A DNA stretch of 64,000 bases from an uncultured Bacteriovoracaceae bacterium (GTDB lineage Bacteria; Bdellovibrionota; Bacteriovoracia; Bacteriovoracales; Bacteriovoracaceae), in the NCBI GenBank assembly GCA_937931205.1, contig CALHBF010000019.1:79550-143549 (forward strand). The letters run 5' to 3'. Both the position numbers and the translations under genes were made by a program. Below, one piece after another: positions 58,680 to 64,000 of the stretch (positions are counted from its first letter, which is position 1; each line of letters starts with the position of its first letter). Under the pieces are notes generated by a model. It searched no databases. It was not told the DNA's origin and was given only the letters and a program-made list of their open reading frames with translations.

Positions 58680-59257
58680 TGAAAAAATCTAAGGTTTACA
58701 CAAAAACTGGAGATAAGGGGACCACTGCACTTGTGAGTGGTGCCCGTATTTCTAAAGCTGATTTACGCATTGATCTCTATGGCCAAGTTGATGAACTCAA
58801 CTCGCGCACAGGAATGCTGGTTAGTTTTATGAATGAATTGGGTGGATTTGATATCGAGATCCAATTTCTTCATCGCCTGCAATCTGTCTTCTTCGATTTA
58901 GGAAGTCAGCTAGCAACGGAAGTGGAAAACCGCCAAAAATATCAACTTCCCCAAATTAAAGAAGAGTTTGTTCGTGAAATGGAAGAACAAATTGATGTGA
59001 TGGATTCACAGCTTGAACCATTAAAAACATTTATTCTTCCAGGTGGTTGCAAGGCCGCCAGTGTTGCTCACTTATGTCGAACAAGCTCACGCCAGGTAGA
59101 AAGATTATTGATTGGTTACTTAGAAAAGACTCAAGAAGAGCTGCCTCTTAACTCTCAGATTCTTCTAAATAGATCGAGCGATTACTTTTTTGTATTGGCC
59201 CGCTTTATTGAAAAGCGAGTGGATGGAAAAGAAATTTTCTGGATTCCTCATTCTTAA
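58679..59257 (+). CDS. PduO-type cob(I)alamin adenosyltransferase
   Basis: KVYTKTGDKGTT, YGQVDELNS, FILPGG, LNRSSDYFF..AR; TAATG coupling to icmF. Confidence 0.93.
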   Translation: MKKSKVYTKTGDKGTTALVSGARISKADLRIDLYGQVDELNSRTGMLVSFMNELGGFDIEIQFLHRLQSVFFDLGSQLATEVENRQKYQLPQIKEEFVREMEEQIDVMDSQLEPLKTFILPGGCKAASVAHLCRTSSRQVERLLIGYLEKTQEELPLNSQILLNRSSDYFFVLARFIEKRVDGKEIFWIPHS

Positions 59258-59637
59258 AAAACATCATATTTTAAAGGGACTGTGTGGCCCAACCACATGG
59301 CCCCTTGAGTATGATCAAAATGATCATCACCTGTTAATTCATGCACTAAAACATTTAAGTCTTTGCGATGATGAAGAAGCCATAGAGTAACCTCTTGAAA
59401 GAGACTTCTTGGAAAATTCACTTCAAACATCGGAAGCGTATGAGGTCCAACTGGTTTTGGGATGAGATCACCAACAAACACTTGAGCATTTTTGAATTTA
59501 GTTAAAATTTCCTCTCTAAGAGCTTGAGCTTTTTCTTGTTCTCCAAGTTCAAAATAAATATGGGCGTCAAACTCTCGTGGGAATTCTTGAGGGAGGTGCT
59601 GACTATTTAATCGATAAGCTGGTTTATTCATAGGCAA
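59254..59637 (-). CDS. DOPA 4,5-dioxygenase-family protein
   Basis: FDAHIYF, PVGPH..PMF, LVH.LTGD...DHT..AMWLG. Confidence 0.9.
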   Translation of the reverse strand: MPMNKPAYRLNSQHLPQEFPREFDAHIYFELGEQEKAQALREEILTKFKNAQVFVGDLIPKPVGPHTLPMFEVNFPRSLFQEVTLWLLHHRKDLNVLVHELTGDDHFDHTQGAMWLGHTVPLKYDVF

Positions 59638-60282
59638 CTAATACCAAGCTTCCCCAAGGTAATCAAACTTAGTGAGCTTTTTAATCTTCTGTAAGTAGTT
59701 ATGAAGCTTAGGACTAAATTGCCATTCAGGAACAACGTAGAGTCCCCATAGGTGACTAGCGAGCATGATATCTTTAATGTGCAGATTTTTTTCATTTACA
59801 TCGTGAACCATTTTCTCCACTTCCAGCATGACTTCGCTCGCTCGGGCCATGTTGATATCTTTGTTTTTTACAAGGTCTTTGAAGGGACCCCGTTTAACTG
59901 ATTTTTTCTTCTCAAAGTACTCACGCGCTTCTGGCGAGAATTCCTTGGTATAAATCCACCATGGCATTGCCAGATCATGAACGACGCCACCGATCATATT
60001 TAGTACTTCAGTAAAGCTCTTATGGTCGACACCATTGATGAAATGGAGGGTTTCGAGTCGATTCTCAACGTCTAATTTCGCAATAATATCCAGACTCTCA
60101 TTCATGGGTTTTCCGTCAATTACCATGATCGGAAGCATTTTAGTTCCACAGAGCTCGACCGGAGTCTTCTCATCTTCATAGCTTACGACTCTCGACTCAT
60201 AAGATAGCCCTAAATAGCCTAAGCTCATCCGTACACGAACACAAAAAGGGCAGTGTAAATAGTGGTAAAATGTGAGTTGCAT
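59638..60282 (-). CDS. grxB: Glutaredoxin 2
   Basis: Y.HCPFCVRVRM, G.KMLPI, MNESLDII; start adjusted to MQLTF (GAGG RBS). Confidence 0.85.
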   Translation of the reverse strand: MQLTFYHYLHCPFCVRVRMSLGYLGLSYESRVVSYEDEKTPVELCGTKMLPIMVIDGKPMNESLDIIAKLDVENRLETLHFINGVDHKSFTEVLNMIGGVVHDLAMPWWIYTKEFSPEAREYFEKKKSVKRGPFKDLVKNKDINMARASEVMLEVEKMVHDVNEKNLHIKDIMLASHLWGLYVVPEWQFSPKLHNYLQKIKKLTKFDYLGEAWY

Positions 60283-60365
60283 ATATCCTCGCGAGTCTGG
60301 TGGATGTTTAACGAACTTAATGGTAAAATAGTTATCAGACAAGTTGAATACTGGAGTCACAAATT

Positions 60366-60698
60366 ATGGAAAAACTCATTGAGATAACAGATAAGGCCTT
60401 AGTACAAATTGATACAATTGCTCAAACGGATAATCCAGATGGGACCAAAGGTCTACGACTGGCCGTTACAGGAGGCGGTTGTTCGGGCTTGTCATACAAA
60501 ATCGAATTTGGAGAGCGCAAAGAGAAAGATAATATCTTAGAGTTCGGTGCGCTTAGAGTTTTTATAGATCCTAAATCAAGCATCTACCTTAAGGGCGTTG
60601 TTCTTGATTTCAAAGATGGTCTTCAGGGCAAAGGATTTGTGTTTGAAAATCCAAATGCGAAGAATACTTGTGGCTGTGGCGAATCATTCTCAATTTAA
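60366..60698 (+). CDS. A-type Fe-S carrier (IscA/ErpA)
   Basis: GGGCSGLSY, FENPNAKNTCGCGESF. Confidence 0.95.
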   Translation: MEKLIEITDKALVQIDTIAQTDNPDGTKGLRLAVTGGGCSGLSYKIEFGERKEKDNILEFGALRVFIDPKSSIYLKGVVLDFKDGLQGKGFVFENPNAKNTCGCGESFSI

Positions 60699-60701
60699 TT
60701 T

Positions 60702-62222
60702 ATGAGTTTAGAAGAAAATCGTTTTTCATATTCTCAAGTTCAGACTAATCTAGAGCTCATCAATATTTTAGGCAGTGACGCTAAAACTTTCATTGGAAGT
60801 CAGTCCACCTTCGATATTAATAAACTCAATGCTAATGAGTTTCATTTAATTTCTTTTCTTGACCCTCAGGGAAGAATTCAGAGCTACGGATGGCTTCTTT
60901 TTAAAGACAATACTTATTCTTATCTTGTCCCTAAATCTCTTAAAGATATTTCCATTGAGAGATTAAATAAGTTTCTTATCAGTGAGGATGCAGAAGTTGT
61001 AGCTGAAGGTGTTAAGACAGTGTTCTTTACTTTCAATGATGATACTTCATCTGCGCCTGCTGGATTACTTTTTGATCAAGAAGCAAAGATTCACTTTACT
61101 GACCCACAAGCTTATAAGCTCAGTGATGATGAAGTAGAAGCTTATCGCATTCTTACTGGTAGTCCTTCATTTGATGCTAGTGGTTTTTCTACTGAAATTA
61201 TCAATAACACTCACCTCTTTGATCTTGCTCTAAGCCGCAATAAAGGCTGCTACCCTGGTCAGGAGACAGTGAATAAGATTGCCAATAATCGAGGTGCAGC
61301 TTATGCACCATTACTACTCAAAGGTGATACTCCCTTTGTTGTTGGACAGATGAAATCCTTTGATAAAAAGATTGGCGAAATTACTTCAACTACTAAATTT
61401 GAGGGGAGCTATTTTGCTGAAGCAAAACTTCTTCGAGATTTTAGAGTAGAAGGACTAGCACTTAATTTTTCTGTTGAAGAGAGAGAGTTTAGCGCGCACG
61501 TTTTTAATCTTCCTTATTTGAAGGGAGACAAGAAAACAAAGAGTGATGATCTCTTTTTATCTGCCACACTTCATTTTCAAAAAGGTGATATCAAGTTAGC
61601 TGAAGAATTATTTCATCAGTCTATTCGTATGAATCCACTAAATGCCGATGCTTATGAAGCCTTAGGGGTGATGCTTGGTCGTGAGAGTCGATTTGATGAG
61701 GCCATCTCTTGGATGCAAAAACTTGCTGAGCTTGATAGCTCTTCCGTTCTTGCTCATACCAATCTTTCGATGTTTTTTATGAAGAAAGGTGAGATTGAGA
61801 AGGCCGAGGAACATAAATCTCAGGCAACTTTAAAATCATTCGCTCAATTTGGTCGTGAAGCTCAAGAGAAAGAAAAGAAAGCTCAAGAGCAGCAACAAAA
61901 ACAATCTGAGTGGGCACGTCGTGAAGAAATGTTTCATCAGGTTCTAGAAATTGATGCTGAAGATACTTTGGCCAATTTCGGTCTAGGAACCCTAAGTGTT
62001 GAGCGCGAAGAGTATGACAAGGCAATAGGACATCTTGAAGCAGTGATTCGAGCTGACGCTAAATACTCTGCGGCTTATCTCCCACTAGGGCAGGCCTATC
62101 TTGGGGCCAAAAGAAAAAATGATGCCTTAAAGATCTGGAAAGAAGGTATCGCTATTGCTGCTGCTAAGGGAGACCTGATGCCGGCCAATCAAATGCAAGC
62201 ACTCCTTAATCAAAATACCTAA
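60702..62222 (+). CDS. ygfZ: YgfZ/GcvT-family folate-binding protein fused to TPR repeats
   Basis: GSDA..F...Q.T.D, L.PQGRI, signature KGCYPGQE; C-terminal TPRs. Confidence 0.85.
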   Translation: MSLEENRFSYSQVQTNLELINILGSDAKTFIGSQSTFDINKLNANEFHLISFLDPQGRIQSYGWLLFKDNTYSYLVPKSLKDISIERLNKFLISEDAEVVAEGVKTVFFTFNDDTSSAPAGLLFDQEAKIHFTDPQAYKLSDDEVEAYRILTGSPSFDASGFSTEIINNTHLFDLALSRNKGCYPGQETVNKIANNRGAAYAPLLLKGDTPFVVGQMKSFDKKIGEITSTTKFEGSYFAEAKLLRDFRVEGLALNFSVEEREFSAHVFNLPYLKGDKKTKSDDLFLSATLHFQKGDIKLAEELFHQSIRMNPLNADAYEALGVMLGRESRFDEAISWMQKLAELDSSSVLAHTNLSMFFMKKGEIEKAEEHKSQATLKSFAQFGREAQEKEKKAQEQQQKQSEWARREEMFHQVLEIDAEDTLANFGLGTLSVEREEYDKAIGHLEAVIRADAKYSAAYLPLGQAYLGAKRKNDALKIWKEGIAIAAAKGDLMPANQMQALLNQNT

Positions 62223-62333
62223 AAGTACTACAGACTTTCATTCCTGAACTTTATGTGCTCCTTTGAAGTCTCAAGTAGAATAGCTAAGTGAATCAATATT
62301 ATTTTTTCTTGTTTATGAAACACAGGAGAAAAT

Positions 62334-62804
62334 ATGACTGATGACTTTCGAATAGAAATTCCATTTGATACAAAACCACCCCGTCTAAAAGATCTTATTA
62401 ACAAACATGTCATGTGTGATGTTTGGATTAGGGATACTCCATTTGGGCCTGTCACCGATTCATTAAAAATAGCTGAGAAATTTCAGATGGAGCATAAGCA
62501 TGTTTTACGCGCCATTAAAAAATGTCTGGACGAACTTTCCACTCAGCCCAAATTTGGGCTGAGTAAAAATATTATAGAAAACAGTTACTTGGCTGGTCCT
62601 AAAGGAAAAGAAAGGAGTGTATTGAAGTATGATATCACTGAGTTTGGTTTAGCCCTTATATTGCTTTATGTTAATACTCCCAAAGCTCGCTTAATATCTG
62701 CGGAAATTCTTTATCGTTTTTTTATTCTTAAAACTTATTTATCTAATCTCAATCAGAATCAAATCGAAGTGATCCGAGGATATTATAAAAAGAAAATGAA
62801 GTAA
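62334..62804 (+). CDS. Rha-family phage regulatory protein (orphan)
   Basis: DSLKIAEKF..EHKHVLRAI ... ENSY....K....Y.ITE.G..L; AGGAG RBS. Confidence 0.8.
   Translation: MTDDFRIEIPFDTKPPRLKDLINKHVMCDVWIRDTPFGPVTDSLKIAEKFQMEHKHVLRAIKKCLDELSTQPKFGLSKNIIENSYLAGPKGKERSVLKYDITEFGLALILLYVNTPKARLISAEILYRFFILKTYLSNLNQNQIEVIRGYYKKKMK
62541..62564. repeat. Perfect 24-bp palindrome inside the Rha gene
   Basis: ACTCAGCCCAAA|TTTGGGCTGAGT. Confidence 0.95.
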
Positions 62805-62813
62805 GCTCTGCCT

Positions 62814-63998
62814 TTAAAATTCCTGGCGGGCCTCAGATAAAGCCTTTTTAAGGTTGGCCAGATCTCGCTTGCTAATCCTTGTTTCTAGTTTCGCTATCAG
62901 CTTCTTATCTTTTTTAAGGAGCTGATATTGAGCTTCAACAAGAGCAAACCCTTCTGGATGAATAAGACCTTTCCTTCTCGCTTTTTTGAGATCATCAAAG
63001 CTGTACATTAACATGTAGTATTCTTCTACTGCACGTTCATGAATCTTCTTCCATTCTGCCTTAGAGAACTGATAAAGATCTTGTTCCATTTCCTGGTTAG
63101 CAAGAAGATCGCGGAATAATTGATAGGCCCAGAAAAAAGTGAAGAAGGCGTGATAGATTCCACGCAGAGGGCGAGGTGAGTTTCTCCAAGGAGAGAAATA
63201 ATCTAGTTCCTTAGGCTCTTCGATGAGTTTACCCAAATTTAAATAATAATTTAAATGATGATGCCCATTTTCATGAAGAAGATCATCCAGCAGATCAATG
63301 AAGTCTCTGTGGTAGAGATTAATCATGGAGAAGCCAGGAAGTTCCTGATGGGAATAACTCACCAACTCTTCAGTATCAATAGGGATGATTACTTCAGTAA
63401 AAGCTGTGAAGCGCTCCCATGAAGAGGGAGAATAAAGCTTAATGAGTTTAAGAGCTAGTTCAATGCGGGCAGAAAAAGTTTTAAACTCTTTAAGTGAGTT
63501 GGCGTAAATATCAATTAACTTTTCATCAACCGTAATGATGGAATGAAGAAGTTTACGGGGCTTTTTGCTCCCTGTTTCACCGAGCGAAGTTTGAATATGG
63601 TAATCGGCATTCGTAACATCACTCGAATGCAGGAAGCGATCTAAAAGAACTCCCAAGTGAGATTTAAAGACTTTTAAAGTTGCTTCATGAGCTTCCCTAA
63701 TAGAAACTCCGCGATTTAGATTCTTGAGAAAGTCGCCACTAAATTCAGAAGCATTCCATTTCTCAAAAATGAGATCATCTAGTACTCCAAACTCCTCAGG
63801 ATCTGTTGACAGTTTTTTAGTGTGCTCCAGATAAAAGATGAGAGTTCGTAGTTGTTCTTTTAAAAAGAAGTGAACTGAGTTGAATGAACTAAAGTCAAAA
63901 TGAGAAATTGATTTAGCAAAAGTGGGGTCAAGTTTTTTGAGTTTTACTAATAAGCTTTTAGAGTCTTTAGTATGCTTTTTAGCGAGGGATTTTTTTAA
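62814..63998 (-). CDS. aKG-HExxH-domain protein (5' end outside the window)
   Basis: Frame is open from 63998 to the stop at 62814; LLHENGHHHL and YFSPWRNSPRPLRGIYHA match the HExxH...SPWR.D.RP..G..HA signature. Confidence 0.8.
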   Translation of the reverse strand, partial: LKKSLAKKHTKDSKSLLVKLKKLDPTFAKSISHFDFSSFNSVHFFLKEQLRTLIFYLEHTKKLSTDPEEFGVLDDLIFEKWNASEFSGDFLKNLNRGVSIREAHEATLKVFKSHLGVLLDRFLHSSDVTNADYHIQTSLGETGSKKPRKLLHSIITVDEKLIDIYANSLKEFKTFSARIELALKLIKLYSPSSWERFTAFTEVIIPIDTEELVSYSHQELPGFSMINLYHRDFIDLLDDLLHENGHHHLNYYLNLGKLIEEPKELDYFSPWRNSPRPLRGIYHAFFTFFWAYQLFRDLLANQEMEQDLYQFSKAEWKKIHERAVEEYYMLMYSFDDLKKARRKGLIHPEGFALVEAQYQLLKKDKKLIAKLETRISKRDLANLKKALSEARQEF

Positions 63999-64000
63999 CT

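Noticed and set aside
1-64000. Numerous short (60-113 aa) ORFs nested in or antisense to long genes, e.g. 347-565, 8953-9204, 22226-22567, 58231-58545
   Set aside because: They overlap well-supported genes and show no RBS or recognisable motifs; they are shadow ORFs.
1-64000. CRISPR array, rRNA, IS element, integrase or prophage
   Set aside because: No regularly spaced repeats and no transposase, integrase or structural phage genes were seen. The Rha gene alone does not make a prophage.

Overview
AT-rich bacterial chromosomal window made mostly of core genes. The gene content and the many secreted or outer-membrane hypothetical proteins suggest a predatory Bdellovibrionota, probably Bacteriovoracia-like; this is an inference, not a marker-gene call. 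Recognisable genes include ligA, radA, glpK, hutHUI, def-fmt-rpe, a lone lptG/F, galU, priA, tRNA-Gln-prs-pth-ychF (no rplY), an Slt lytic transglycosylase, mrp, acyl-CoA dehydrogenase-etfBA, folK, a deoxynucleoside kinase, amgK-murU, an Nfo-like TIM barrel, a CHASE2 kinase with a sigma54 regulator, lspA, lgt, icmF-pduO, grxB, iscA/erpA, a YgfZ-TPR fusion, an orphan Rha protein and a truncated aKG-HExxH protein. I found no CRISPR array, rRNA, transposase or integrase. The most interesting signals are: (i) a recurrent R-x-[IV]-A-[ST] motif in four unrelated exported proteins, each preceded by a sigma28- or sigma54-like promoter; (ii) four apparent pseudo-enzymes (two M48-like, one SPase I-like, one Nfo-like); (iii) a cassette of secreted-protein genes with identical 26-nt hairpins, TGT-N11-ACA palindromes and a sigma54 promoter; (iv) a perfect 24-bp palindrome inside the Rha gene; (v) two small genes missing from the ORF track. 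All family calls come from reading motifs by eye; no database searches were run.
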